Shown: one piece after another, positions 1 through 8,968 of the stretch | Layout of the letters: the number at the start of each line of letters is the position of its first letter | How positions within the stretch are numbered: position 1 is the stretch's first letter | From: an uncultured Candidatus Saccharibacteria bacterium | GTDB lineage: Bacteria > Patescibacteriota > Minisyncoccia > Phycocordibacterales > UBA12079 | Assembly (NCBI GenBank): GCA_964608745.1 | Contig: CAZSPC010000001.1 | Coordinates: 750 to 64,749 of the forward strand | Length of the DNA stretch: 64,000 nt | Direction: 5' to 3' | Program-made: the position numbers and the translations under genes | Notes under the pieces: model-generated | The model's input: only the letters and a program-made list of their open reading frames with translations | Told to the model about the DNA's origin: nothing | Database searches by the model: none

Positions 1-195
1 TTAATACCGAACCCTGCGTCTTTCTCAACAAGAGAGAGTGCGACTCGTTTGATCACCAATGTATTGGTAGATCATCATGAGCTGTATGCTATATATTAAC
101 CGAGTGAATTTATTCACTCGGTTTTTTGTTTGCAAAAAAGACTTTTTATGTTAGGTTGTTGTTAGAAATATATATTCATCAATTCTATAAGAAGG

Positions 196-594
196 TTGGA
201 GGTAATTTCTATGAAACACGGTCAGACAGGTAATCTTGCTCAGTATGGTTTAGAGAGTAATAAGAGGTTTCTGGTAGCCATTTCTAAGGCTGATTTAGAT
301 GGCTTTGCGATAAGGTTTGATACCCTGGATTGTTCTAGATCAATTCTTAGTGAACAAGATGAGGGTATGGATTTGAATACATATTTGATGTTACTTAACC
401 AAGAATTTTCTTTTTTTCTGCAAATTGGAAGTCCTGATTCTGAGTTTATTAGATATTGTGCAGTAGGGAGGGATATCAATTATGTTGATAGATTTCTTTG
501 GATTGATTGTAAATGCAATGAAAGTAACTACGTAATTGTTGCCGAGTTGTTCAAAAAACATTTTGGTGTTGAATTACAAAATATACTAATGTAA
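196..594 (+). CDS. hypothetical protein (132 aa), convergent with dut
   Basis: ORF followed by hairpin terminator; no recognisable motifs. Confidence 0.35.
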   Translation: MEVISMKHGQTGNLAQYGLESNKRFLVAISKADLDGFAIRFDTLDCSRSILSEQDEGMDLNTYLMLLNQEFSFFLQIGSPDSEFIRYCAVGRDINYVDRFLWIDCKCNESNYVIVAELFKKHFGVELQNILM

Positions 595-630
595 ATACCG
601 GATGAGATTAATTCTCATCCGGTTTTTTTA
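595..630. terminator. bidirectional rho-independent terminator between convergent genes
   Basis: ccggatgagattaattctcatccgg stem followed by T-run. Confidence 0.6.
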
Positions 631-639
631 TTGAAATTA

Positions 640-1149
640 TTATTTTCCTGTACTACCAAGAGCATTACTACCTCGTTTACTTTTCCTTAGTTCTCCAACT
701 TGTTCAATTTCAACATGTGGGCAATACAAAAGCATTCCTTGGGCGATTGCTTTTGATTGCGGATAGATAATTGTATTTTCTCCAGCCAAGTTATTTTTTT
801 GAAGTAGGGAAGTAAGCTTGTCTTCAGAAAGGTTTGTGAAAATAATCGTCTTGTTTGATGTATTATTGATTGGAATAAAAATTTCTCCTCGAAAACCGCT
901 GTCGATTACTCCACATCTACGGGCAAGCCCTTTTGTTCCCGTACTACTTCTTTCGGCAATATAAAAAACCCAATCTTGTGGAATCTCAATAGCAATTCCT
1001 GTTCGAAACATATGAATCTCTCCCGGATTTAATACGAGGAAATCTTTGTCGTGAATTGCGTATAAATCAAAACTAGCATCTTCTTTTCTTTTTGATGGGA
1101 GGATAGCACGATCATTTAAAAGTTTTATTTTTAGATAAGGGTTTTGCAT
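640..1149 (-). CDS. dut: dUTP diphosphatase (dUTPase) with internal insertion
   Basis: Motifs ASFDLYA, RSSTGTKGL, GVIDSGFRGE, C-terminal RGSNALGSTGK match dUTPase motifs 1-5. Confidence 0.8.
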   Translation of the reverse strand: MQNPYLKIKLLNDRAILPSKRKEDASFDLYAIHDKDFLVLNPGEIHMFRTGIAIEIPQDWVFYIAERSSTGTKGLARRCGVIDSGFRGEIFIPINNTSNKTIIFTNLSEDKLTSLLQKNNLAGENTIIYPQSKAIAQGMLLYCPHVEIEQVGELRKSKRGSNALGSTGK

Positions 1150-1390
1150 ATTATGGCTAATTTTAACATAAAAAAAGGAGCCGGATCACGGTCTCCTTTT
1201 GAACTTAGACCGATGAGGTCTTTGTTCGGGTGGATTCAACCGGATAGGGTTAAACCCAAGGTACTGAATTATGTACTTATAGTATCCAGATTAGAATAAT
1301 TGTCAATAGTAACTGTGGATAAAATGAACCAAAAAATATCTGACAAACAAAAAAGCCAGAACCTTGTGGGTTCTGGCTGTGGGAGGAAGG

Positions 1391-1903
1391 TCACTCGCGC
1401 TGGATGGTGTCGAGCGGAGCGAGGGAGACAATTAGGGTGCCGGCAATGGAAGTTTTATAATAATCAGCATTGTTGGCGTTTCCTGAAATGTATTTCAGGG
1501 GTACGACCTCGGGCGTGCGGATCATATCATTGACGAACACGAAGGGTTGGAACGGCGTACCGGTATTTGCGGAAATGATAAATTTACCGGCATCGTTACC
1601 AAATATATTGGTGGCAAAAACGGGTTCCGTTCGGCTGACTTTTCCGGAGATAGTATTGTCAGTCGAAGCTACAACAGGTTGTCCAACGAGATCTACTCTT
1701 TTATGTTCGATCAGGAAGGACAGGTAGGTAGTAGGTGCGATCGTTTCTTCGCCAACGAAGATTGGACCAACACTACTACCTTTTTCGGCAGGTTGGCTGG
1801 AAGCCATGGCGCCGGAACCGATGAGAAGTATAAAGGCGGTGATAAACACCAGTAGAATGAGGATGACCGATGGTCGTCCTCGGGCAAATCCAAGTTTCTT
1901 CAT
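1391..1903 (-). CDS. secreted/membrane-anchored hypothetical protein (170 aa) in GC-rich segment
   Basis: GGAGGA SD upstream on minus strand; N-terminal signal/TM LILLVFITAFILLIGSGAMA; local GC markedly above background. Confidence 0.45.
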   Translation of the reverse strand: MKKLGFARGRPSVILILLVFITAFILLIGSGAMASSQPAEKGSSVGPIFVGEETIAPTTYLSFLIEHKRVDLVGQPVVASTDNTISGKVSRTEPVFATNIFGNDAGKFIISANTGTPFQPFVFVNDMIRTPEVVPLKYISGNANNADYYKTSIAGTLIVSLAPLDTIQRE

Positions 1904-2148
1904 AACTTTTCCTCCATTTATTTTTTGAGATTCTACGATTGAATCTCAATTCAAGGTACTGATTCCGTCACTTGACGGACTATTGAACCCTAAATATAGC
2001 AAATTATGTTTTTTTGTCAAGCAAAAAAATAATTAGTTAAATAAGTTGGTAAATCGGTAATTGACGAATTTTTGCGAAGCAAAAAATCATTTTCTTAAAT
2101 CCTAAATCCTACTTCTTAAATCCATTCAATTCTGTTAGAATTGAATAT

Positions 2149-2304
2149 ATGTTGAAATCATTTTTTAAATTTACTTTCGGTTTTTTAACAATCATTATTG
2201 TTAGTTTTTTAGTATTGAGCTCTTTAAACTATTGGGAAAAAAATAAGCAAGAATCAGAAAGTAGCGAACAGCAAGAAATCATTGCTAACTTATATCAAAA
2301 CTAA
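2149..2304 (+). CDS. possible small membrane protein (51 aa)
   Basis: ATG directly after family-F repeat; hydrophobic N-terminus; followed by hairpin terminator 2305-2335. Confidence 0.3.
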   Translation: MLKSFFKFTFGFLTIIIVSFLVLSSLNYWEKNKQESESSEQQEIIANLYQN

Positions 2305-2512
2305 AAATACCGGCCTTACGAAGGCCGGTATTTTTTCTTGCAAAAAATTTTTGAATGATGTATATTGTTGTTTAAATAAAGGCCCAAGAAAATAGGCAAC
2401 GGGAAACCGGATAAGCATCCTATTTAGGTCGAACTAATATTTCTATTAAAAGAATGTTTTAGGCGCCTTTGTTTGTTAATGGCGTTTTTTTAGTTAAAAA
2501 CAACAACAAGAA

Positions 2513-2607
2513 GCGTATAGTGTATAGCGTATAGCGTATAGAAAGAAATTTTGGCTTTGCCAAAATTTCTTCCCTACAACCCTAAACGCTACAACCCTAA
2601 ACGCTAT
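2513..2607 (+). repeat. family A structured repeat (gcgtatag tandem arm / aaattttggctttgccaaaattt hairpin / ccctaaacgcta arm) upstream of rplJ
   Basis: arm-hairpin-arm architecture shared with >=17 other copies. Confidence 0.7.
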
Positions 2608-2612
2608 TAATT

Positions 2613-3101
2613 ATGGCTATTACAAAAGAAAAAAAAGAACAGATTTATAAAAAAACCGTTGATGTCATCAAAGATTCTCAATCAATGGTATTTGTTAATT
2701 TTCATGGCTTGGGAGTGGGGAATACAACTGATTTACGAAATAAACTTCGAGAAGAAGGTGTGAATTATGTTGTTGCCAAAAAAACTCTTGCTAAAAAAGC
2801 TTTGGAAGAGGCAAAACTTGAAGGAGAAATACCGACATTGGATGGAGAGTTAGCTTTAGCTTATGCGGATGATCTTACTGCTCCGGCACGGGGTGTGTAT
2901 GATTTTCAAAAGAAGCACAAGGATAATATTTCTATTTTAGGAGGTATTTTTGAAGGAAAGTTTATGGATCAAGGAGCAATGACAGAAATTGCAGCGATTC
3001 CATCAACACCTGTTTTGTATGGACAATTTGTGAATCTTATTAATTCTCCGATTCAAAGATTTGCGGTTGTACTAAATCAGATTGCGGAGAAAAAAGCATA
3101 A
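2613..3101 (+). CDS. rplJ: 50S ribosomal protein L10
   Basis: L10-like sequence, precedes L7/L12. Confidence 0.85.
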   Translation: MAITKEKKEQIYKKTVDVIKDSQSMVFVNFHGLGVGNTTDLRNKLREEGVNYVVAKKTLAKKALEEAKLEGEIPTLDGELALAYADDLTAPARGVYDFQKKHKDNISILGGIFEGKFMDQGAMTEIAAIPSTPVLYGQFVNLINSPIQRFAVVLNQIAEKKA

Positions 3102-3116
3102 TTATTAAAATAATTA

Positions 3117-3207
3117 AATAGCTAATAGCTAAAAGCTAAAAGCTGATAGTATTAAAATTTTCAAAGGAAATTTTTGCTATGAGCTACAAGCTATAGGCTA
3201 TAAGCTG
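3117..3207 (+). repeat. family A variant repeat (agctaaaagct arms) between rplJ and rplL
   Basis: atagctaatagctaaaagctaaaagctgatag ... ctatgagctacaagctataggctataagct inverted arms. Confidence 0.6.
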
Positions 3208-3215
3208 ACAAAGTT

Positions 3216-3806
3216 ATGTCAGAAGAAAAAGATACAAAAAAAGACGAAGTAGTTGAAGAAGCTACTGCCAAGGAAGCTCCTAAGGAGGAGGCCAAAGAAG
3301 AGGCTCCTGTCGAAGAAGCTAAAGCCGAAGAAAAACCAGCTGAGGAAACTAAGGAAGAAAAGAAAGAAGAAGAAAAGCCAGTTGAAAAACCAAAAGAGGA
3401 AGAGAAAAAAGAAGATGAAGGAGAAGAAGTAGAAGTTCCTAAAAAGTTTAAAAAATTAGTTGAAGAAATTGAAAGTATGTCAGTTATTGATCTTCACGAA
3501 TTGGTTAAGTTACTAGAAAAGAAATTTGGTGTATCAGCGGCTGCTGTGGCAGTTGCCGGAGCAGGTGCAGGGGCTGATGAAGGAGGAGAAGAAAAAACAG
3601 AATTTAATGCTGAACTTACCTCAGCTGGAGATTCAAAGATTGCTGTTATTAAAGCGGTTAAAGCAGCTTTGGGACTAGGTCTTAAAGAAGCTAAAGAATT
3701 AGTTGATGGAGCACCAGCAATGTTGAAAGAAGGAATGAAGAAGGAAGATGCTGAGACTTTGAAGACAGACATCGAAGCAGCAGGAGGTTCAATCGAATTG
3801 AAATAA
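3216..3806 (+). CDS. rplL: 50S ribosomal protein L7/L12 with ~75-aa N-terminal E/K-rich low-complexity extension
   Basis: Canonical NTD ([29 protein letters not shown]) and CTD ([26 protein letters not shown]); no in-frame ATG between 3216 and the NTD. Confidence 0.85.
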   Translation: MSEEKDTKKDEVVEEATAKEAPKEEAKEEAPVEEAKAEEKPAEETKEEKKEEEKPVEKPKEEEKKEDEGEEVEVPKKFKKLVEEIESMSVIDLHELVKLLEKKFGVSAAAVAVAGAGAGADEGGEEKTEFNAELTSAGDSKIAVIKAVKAALGLGLKEAKELVDGAPAMLKEGMKKEDAETLKTDIEAAGGSIELK

Positions 3807-3814
3807 TCCAAAAT

Positions 3815-3848
3815 AAAAAACACCCGCCAACTGATGGGTGTTTTTTGT
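3815..3848 (+). terminator. rho-independent terminator after rplL
   Basis: cacccgccaactgatgggtg hairpin + T-run; near-identical hairpin at 6055-6087. Confidence 0.6.
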
Positions 3849-3927
3849 TGCTTTTATGTAAGATTTTTGATATAAACTAATCAGGATTTGGTTGTTTTTT
3901 TAACTAAATTAAAAAAAGGAGTAAAAA

Positions 3928-4254
3928 ATGAATAAAGTTTTGTTTGTTGTACCAACTTGGGAATTTACGTTAAAAAGTTTGTTGGGTTGGCCGATCGGTT
4001 TGATTTCCTTTGTTTTGTTTTTATGCGTGATTACTTTTCATATGAGTGATAAAAGCGAAGGATTGTCTTTGAGTAACTTGGAATTTGGTGATGCTGTTTT
4101 TACCCTCACTGGTTGGTTGGGTCCCTTCATATTTTTAACAGAAATGAAGCGTAACTACAAAACTTTTTTCGGAAAGATTTTTGCAGCCACCCTGTATTTC
4201 ATTTTTCCGTTGTGGTGTCTTATCCATATGTTTCGAAGTATTTTTTTTCTATAA
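3928..4254 (+). CDS. hypothetical membrane protein (108 aa)
   Basis: AGGAG SD; multiple hydrophobic helices. Confidence 0.4.
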   Translation: MNKVLFVVPTWEFTLKSLLGWPIGLISFVLFLCVITFHMSDKSEGLSLSNLEFGDAVFTLTGWLGPFIFLTEMKRNYKTFFGKIFAATLYFIFPLWCLIHMFRSIFFL

Positions 4255-4326
4255 ATTTAGATTTCCAAAATCTTTAAAAAGCTTTGTCAATTTGATAGGG
4301 CTTTTTTCTTTTGTTATAATAACTTC

Positions 4327-4962
4327 ATGGAAATTCTGGGAAAATTATTTGGCTCACCTGCTCGGGTGAAAGTGATGAAGCTCTTTTTAGCTAACGAAGA
4401 GATTCCTTTTGATAACGAAGATATTTCAAAAAGAGCAAAAGTTCCAATGACTACATTAAGGAAAGAACTTAATTTGCTTTTAAAAGTTGGTCTTATTAAA
4501 AAGAAAGTTTTTTACAAAGAGGTTGAGAAGAAAATTAAAAAAACAAAAACAAAGCCGGCTCGGGTTGAGAAAATAAAAAAGAAAACAAATGGTTGGATAC
4601 TAAATGATAAATTTATCTATCTAATGCCTCTGTATAATCTTTTGGTTGGAACGTCTTCGTTTACTCCAAAAATAATTAATAAAAGATTGGTTGGTGTGGG
4701 TAGGCTTAAGCTAGTTTTAATTTCCGGGGTTTTGTTAAAAAATAGTGAGAGTCGTGTTGATTTGCTGGTGGTTGGTGATGGAATTAAGACTAGTTCTTTG
4801 GAGAAGGCTATTAAAACAATGGAATCTGAAATTGGAAAAGAATTAAAATACGCCGCTTTTGAAACCAATGACTTTATTTACCGGCTGAATATCTACGATA
4901 GACTGGTTCGAGATATTATTGACCATCCACATCAGAAAATAGTTAATAAAATTGGTGTTTAG
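4327..4962 (+). CDS. hypothetical protein with putative N-terminal winged-helix region (211 aa)
   Basis: ORF with terminator hairpin at 4975-5008; weak wHTH-like N-terminus. Confidence 0.4.
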   Translation: MEILGKLFGSPARVKVMKLFLANEEIPFDNEDISKRAKVPMTTLRKELNLLLKVGLIKKKVFYKEVEKKIKKTKTKPARVEKIKKKTNGWILNDKFIYLMPLYNLLVGTSSFTPKIINKRLVGVGRLKLVLISGVLLKNSESRVDLLVVGDGIKTSSLEKAIKTMESEIGKELKYAAFETNDFIYRLNIYDRLVRDIIDHPHQKIVNKIGV

Positions 4963-5362
4963 AAAAATAATGAGAAAATCCCAGCGTGAGCTGGGATTTT
5001 CTCATTATTTTTCTTAACCCAGCTCATTTTTAATAATAAAGTAGATTAATCAATAAAGTTTAAAAACACCATAAGTTTTATTTAGTCGAAAATTTATTTT
5101 TTAAAAATAGGGTTGGGTGTAAAAATTCTGTCATGTTGGCGGAATTTTTTAATGTTTGAATGGGTTAATTTTAAGATGAATTTTTTGCGAAGCAAAAAAT
5201 TCATCTTAAAATCCTAAAATTAAATTATTCGAAATTAAATCGAAATTAATCACTTATCCACAACAAACAAATCTAAAAAAGTCAAAATATTGTATTATTA
5301 TAGATAACCAATTATTACAAAATAATAGGTCGCGATTTATTAGTGTAATTAAAAAATTAATT

Positions 5363-6040
5363 ATGATATTACAAACATGGGGTGAGGTACTTGCTCAATC
5401 TTTTCAAGACTTATGGCTTGGAGTAGTTTCATTTGTACCCAGCTTAATCGTTGCGATTGTTATCTTTATCGCAGGATGGGTTGTAGGTGCTCTTTTGGGA
5501 AGAGTTGTATCTCAAATTGTTAAGTCTTTGAAGGTGGACAATGCTCTTCGAAGTGCTGGAACAGAAGCTGTTTTGAACAGAGCTGGATTCAAATTGGATT
5601 CAGGAGCCTTCTTAGGAGGATTAGTTCGATGGTTTGTCATCATCGTCTTCCTTGTGGCTGCTTTTGATGTTCTTGGTCTAAGTCAAGTTAACGATTTCTT
5701 GCAACAAGTAGTTCTACTTTACTTGCCACAAGTGATTGTTGCTGTGATGATTCTTTTGATTGCTGCTTTGGTTGCAGATGCTATGCAATCAGTTGTAAAA
5801 GGATCAGCTAAGGCTGCTGAGATTCGATCAGCTAATTTCCTAGGAAATGTTACAAAATGGGCTATTTGGATTTTCGCAATCTTGATGGCTTTGTATCAAT
5901 TAGGAGTTGCTGCTGCTTTTGTTCAAACTTTGTTTACAGGAGTGGTTGTAGCGCTTGCACTAGGTACAGGACTTGCTTTCGGACTTGGAGGAAGAGATCA
6001 TGCTGGTAAGTTCCTAGACAAGATAAGTAAAGAAAAATAA
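5363..6040 (+). CDS. membrane protein with repeated conserved TM-helix motifs (MscS-N-terminal-like TM_helix repeats)
   Basis: Three similar hydrophobic repeats (IVAIVIFIAGWVVGALLGRVV / VIVAVMILLIAALVADAMQSVV / AIWIFAILMALYQLGV); higher GC than background. Confidence 0.45.
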   Translation: MILQTWGEVLAQSFQDLWLGVVSFVPSLIVAIVIFIAGWVVGALLGRVVSQIVKSLKVDNALRSAGTEAVLNRAGFKLDSGAFLGGLVRWFVIIVFLVAAFDVLGLSQVNDFLQQVVLLYLPQVIVAVMILLIAALVADAMQSVVKGSAKAAEIRSANFLGNVTKWAIWIFAILMALYQLGVAAAFVQTLFTGVVVALALGTGLAFGLGGRDHAGKFLDKISKEK

Positions 6041-6054
6041 AATATCTTGAAATT

Positions 6055-6087
6055 ACTAAAACACCCGTCGATTGATGGGTGTTTTTG
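6055..6087 (+). terminator. rho-independent terminator
   Basis: acacccgtcgattgatgggtgt hairpin + T-run. Confidence 0.55.
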
Positions 6088-6158
6088 ATTTGACTTTTTT
6101 CAAAGTTTTGTTAAGATGTATCAAGCTCAATTACTCTGAATGAGGAGCTTTTTATATT

Positions 6159-6485
6159 ATGACAAGATCGATTAAAAAAGGTCCCTTTGTGGATGAAAAA
6201 CTTTTGAAAAAAGTAACAAACAAAAAGCCAGAGGATGGTGTTATTAAGACATGGGCAAGAGCCAGTCAAATTTCACCAGAAATGGTTGGTTTTACTTTTG
6301 GAGTTCATAATGGAAAGGATCATATTGAGGTTTTTGTAACAGAAGATATGGTTGGTCATCGATTGGGAGAATTTTCTCCAACCAAGAAATTCTATAGACA
6401 TGGAGGTAAGATGCAGAAGGAACTTGATCAAAAGAAGAAAGAAGCTGAAATTGCAGCAGCTAAAGCAGCAAAAGCAACAGCGTAA
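6159..6485 (+). CDS. rpsS: 30S ribosomal protein S19 (C-terminal K/A-rich tail)
   Basis: Conserved S19 core [12 protein letters not shown]...[29 protein letters not shown]. Confidence 0.9.
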   Translation: MTRSIKKGPFVDEKLLKKVTNKKPEDGVIKTWARASQISPEMVGFTFGVHNGKDHIEVFVTEDMVGHRLGEFSPTKKFYRHGGKMQKELDQKKKEAEIAAAKAAKATA

Positions 6486-6495
6486 AGATTAAAAA

Positions 6496-6987
6496 ATGAA
6501 AATTAAGGCAGAATTAAAGAATTATAGACAATCTTCTCGAAAAGTTCGGTTAGTTGCTGATCTTGTGAGAGGAAAAAAGGTTGAAAAGGCTTTAGCAGAG
6601 TTGAATTTTTTGAATAAAAAGGCTTCACTAGTAGTGAAAAAGTTGGTTAATTCTGCTGTTGCAAACGCAAAACACAATTTTAATCTTGAAAAAGATGTTT
6701 TGATTGTTGATGAAATACGAGTAGATGAAGGACCAACTTTGAAGAGATGGCGAGCTGGAGCGAGAGGAAGAGCTTTTCCTATCAAGAAAAGAACATCGAG
6801 AGTTTTACTTGTTTTGTCAGATGGTAAAGAAGATGTAAAAACAGAAAAAGAGCAAAAAAAGACAGAAACAAAACCAAAAACAAAGAAGACAACTCGAAAA
6901 ACGGCAAAAAAAGTAGTTAAAAAAACAGAAAAGATGACAAAGAAAGTTAAAAAAGTAAAGAAAAAAGACGAAAAAGTTAAAAAATAA
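6496..6987 (+). CDS. rplV: 50S ribosomal protein L22 with ~50-aa lysine-rich C-terminal extension
   Basis: L22 core followed by KTEKEQKKTETKPKTKKTTRK... tail. Confidence 0.9.
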   Translation: MKIKAELKNYRQSSRKVRLVADLVRGKKVEKALAELNFLNKKASLVVKKLVNSAVANAKHNFNLEKDVLIVDEIRVDEGPTLKRWRAGARGRAFPIKKRTSRVLLVLSDGKEDVKTEKEQKKTETKPKTKKTTRKTAKKVVKKTEKMTKKVKKVKKKDEKVKK

Positions 6988-7008
6988 CAATAAAATAGTA
7001 ACCCAGTG

Positions 7009-7116
7009 CTTAGCGTTTAGGGTTGTAGAGATGAATTTTGCCTTCGGCAAAATTCATCAAAGAAAAATCTTTGATTTTTCTACCTATACCCTAAACGCTG
7101 AACGCTAAACCCTATA
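7009..7116 (+). repeat. family A structured repeat upstream of rpsC
   Basis: agcgtttagggttgtag / gatgaattttgccttcggcaaaattcatc / agaaaaatctttgatttttct / ctacctataccctaaacgctgaacgctaaaccctat. Confidence 0.75.
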
Positions 7117-7120
7117 TATT

Positions 7121-7777
7121 ATGACTCACGTAGCACACCCATACGCACAAAGAATAAAAATATTAAGAGATTGGAAGTCTCGTTGGTTTAGTATGGGTCA
7201 GCAATACAAAGATTTTTTGAAAGCTGATATTTTGATTAGAGAATATTTGGAAAACAGACTGCGGGATATGTACGTTAGCTCGGTAGATGTTGAAAGAGAT
7301 GGCGATAAAATGAAGATTATTATCAAAACATCACGAGCCGGAATGATTATTGGTAGAAGTGGAGATGGAATTCAAAAGTTGAAAAATGAGGTATTAAAAA
7401 TTATCCAAAAAAACAAACTGGTTAAACCAGAGGAATTGAATATAGATGTGGAAGAGGTGAGATACCCTGAAACAGATGCTGGAATTGTTGGTTCAATGGT
7501 TGTTGAAGGGCTTGAAAAACGAATGCCTTTCAGAAGAGTTTTGAAAATGACCGCTGACAAAGTTATGGCAAATAAAGAAATTAAGGGTGTGAGAATTGTT
7601 GTTTCTGGAAGGCTTGGTGGGGCAGAAATGGCTAGAAAAGAACAAGTAAAACAAGGCCGAGTACCTTTACAGACTTTGAGAGCTGATATTGATTACGCTA
7701 CGAAAAGAGCGAATCTACCATATGGTGTTATTGGAGTGAAAGTTTGGATTTATAAAGGAGATGTATTTAATAAATAG
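7121..7777 (+). CDS. rpsC: 30S ribosomal protein S3
   Basis: S3 KH/C-terminal domain similarity; operon position. Confidence 0.9.
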   Translation: MTHVAHPYAQRIKILRDWKSRWFSMGQQYKDFLKADILIREYLENRLRDMYVSSVDVERDGDKMKIIIKTSRAGMIIGRSGDGIQKLKNEVLKIIQKNKLVKPEELNIDVEEVRYPETDAGIVGSMVVEGLEKRMPFRRVLKMTADKVMANKEIKGVRIVVSGRLGGAEMARKEQVKQGRVPLQTLRADIDYATKRANLPYGVIGVKVWIYKGDVFNK

Positions 7778-7882
7778 CGTCTAGCGTTTAGGGTTGTAGA
7801 GATGAATTTTGCCTTCGGCAAAATTCATCAAAGAAAAATCTTTGATTTTTCTACCTATACCCTAAACGCTGAACGCTATACT
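7775..7882 (+). repeat. family A structured repeat upstream of rplP
   Basis: near-identical to 7009-7116. Confidence 0.75.
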
Positions 7883-7892
7883 CTAAAATATT

Positions 7893-8330
7893 ATGTTATT
7901 GTTTCCCAAAAAAGCAAAATATCGAAAATGGCAGACTGGACGAAAACACCCCGAGAAAAGAGGTGTGGCTACTCGTGGTGTAAAAGTTGCTTTTGGATCT
8001 TATGGATTAAAAGCTTTAACAGCAGCGAGGGTGAAAGCAAATCAAATCGAGGCTGCTCGTGTTGCAGCTAACAGGAAAATTGGTAAGTTTGGAAAGATGT
8101 GGATTAGAATTTTCCCAGATAGACCTGTAACAAAGAAGGCTGCCGAGGTTGGTATGGGTAAGGGTAAGGGTGACCCGTATGCTTATTGTGTCGAAGTAAA
8201 ACCAGGAAGGATTTTAATTGAAGTTGACGGTGTAGATGAAGCAATAGCAAGAGAAGCATTGAGAAAAGCGGGAACAAAATTTCCTTTGAAAACGAAGGTT
8301 GTTAGCCGTGAAGATTCCGAAAATATTTAA
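7893..8330 (+). CDS. rplP: 50S ribosomal protein L16
   Basis: MLLFPKKAKYRKWQTGR... L16 N-terminus; operon position. Confidence 0.9.
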   Translation: MLLFPKKAKYRKWQTGRKHPEKRGVATRGVKVAFGSYGLKALTAARVKANQIEAARVAANRKIGKFGKMWIRIFPDRPVTKKAAEVGMGKGKGDPYAYCVEVKPGRILIEVDGVDEAIAREALRKAGTKFPLKTKVVSREDSENI

Positions 8331-8332
8331 AT

Positions 8333-8455
8333 TTTCCCAAAACTAGATGATATTCGCTTTTGTTTGCACAAGAATCTCAGTCGCTGTACTTAGTACATAC
8401 ACCTTCCTCGATTCTTGCACAAACAAAAGCGAATATCATCTAGTTTTGAAAAAAT
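8333..8455 (+). repeat. family B long inverted repeat (3' element) after rplP
   Basis: aaaactagatgatattcgcttttgtttgcacaagaatc ... gattcttgcacaaacaaaagcgaatatcatctagtttt. Confidence 0.75.
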
Positions 8456-8516
8456 TTATTTCATTAAGTTGAAAATATAGAAAAAATAAGTATAGTTATT
8501 GAAATAAAAAAAATGA

Positions 8517-8632
8517 ATCCCGTTAGAGATGTTAAGTTAGATTCTTCGGGAAAATTAATAAAGTAGATATATTGATTATGTTATTAAGTTTAATTCACAG
8601 ATACGGAAACTCCGTTTCCTATCTCTAATGGG
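8517..8632 (+). repeat. family C structured element ending at rpmC start codon
   Basis: cccgttagagatg...gattcttcgggaaa...tacggaaactccgtttcctatctctaatggg; second copy at 43878-43992. Confidence 0.6.
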
Positions 8633-8833
8633 ATGAAAGATTTAAAAAAGAAAACTGAAAAAGATTTACAAAAAATGTTGCAGGAAAAGAGAAAAACTCT
8701 TAGAGAATTTCGATTTGGATCTTCGGGAAGTAAAACCAAGAATGTAAAGGAGGGAAGTAATACTAAAAAAGAAATTGCTAGAATTTTAACAGAATTGAAA
8801 CAAAGAGAATTAGGGGGGTTAGAAAAGAAATAA
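8633..8833 (+). CDS. rpmC: 50S ribosomal protein L29
   Basis: Small helical protein with L29-like KELREFRF motif; operon position. Confidence 0.8.
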   Translation: MKDLKKKTEKDLQKMLQEKRKTLREFRFGSSGSKTKNVKEGSNTKKEIARILTELKQRELGGLEKK

Positions 8834-8968
8834 TTTTAATTTGTAAATTTTAAATTTTAATTCAATTTTAAATTATTAAATGAATAAATAATAAAAAAAT
8901 AAAATAATTAAAATTTAGTCATTGAATTAAAATTTACAAATTAAAATTTAAAATTTGAATATATAATA
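8834..8968 (+). repeat. family D AT-rich inverted repeat
   Basis: aatttgtaaattttaaattttaattcaat ... attgaattaaaatttacaaatt; related copies at 15496-15642 and 51857-51962. Confidence 0.5.

Noticed and set aside
1300-1855. Three overlapping plus-strand ORFs in the GC-rich patch
   Set aside because: They are artefacts of high GC. The minus-strand ORF has an SD and a signal peptide and explains the region.
2513-2545. Possible CRISPR-like array from tandem gcgtatag / cgtttag / agcttatagccgat units
   Set aside because: Units are only 7-14 nt, directly adjacent (no unique spacers), and form the arms of palindromic family A elements. No cas genes are present.
3494-3823. Antisense ORF within rplL, and similar antisense or internal ORFs (6522-6785, 6817-7050, 7372-7560, 13258-13482, 13597-13788, 14326-14544, 14779-15036, 15252-15491, 21773-22756, 23875-24824, 41654-42890, 47139-47492, etc.)
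   Set aside because: They lie inside, and antisense to or overlapping, well-supported conserved genes. Their low-complexity translations are typical of AT-rich or repetitive coding DNA.
7802-8071. 89-aa ORF MNFAFGKIHQRKIFDFSTYTLNAER... and the similar N-terminal extension of the 9270-9731 ORF
   Set aside because: Both are translations of the family A repeat mini-hairpin (gaATGaattttgcc...). The peptide is not conserved between copies (some lack the ATG or stop early), and real gene starts (rplP 7893, rplN 9360) match conserved N-termini.
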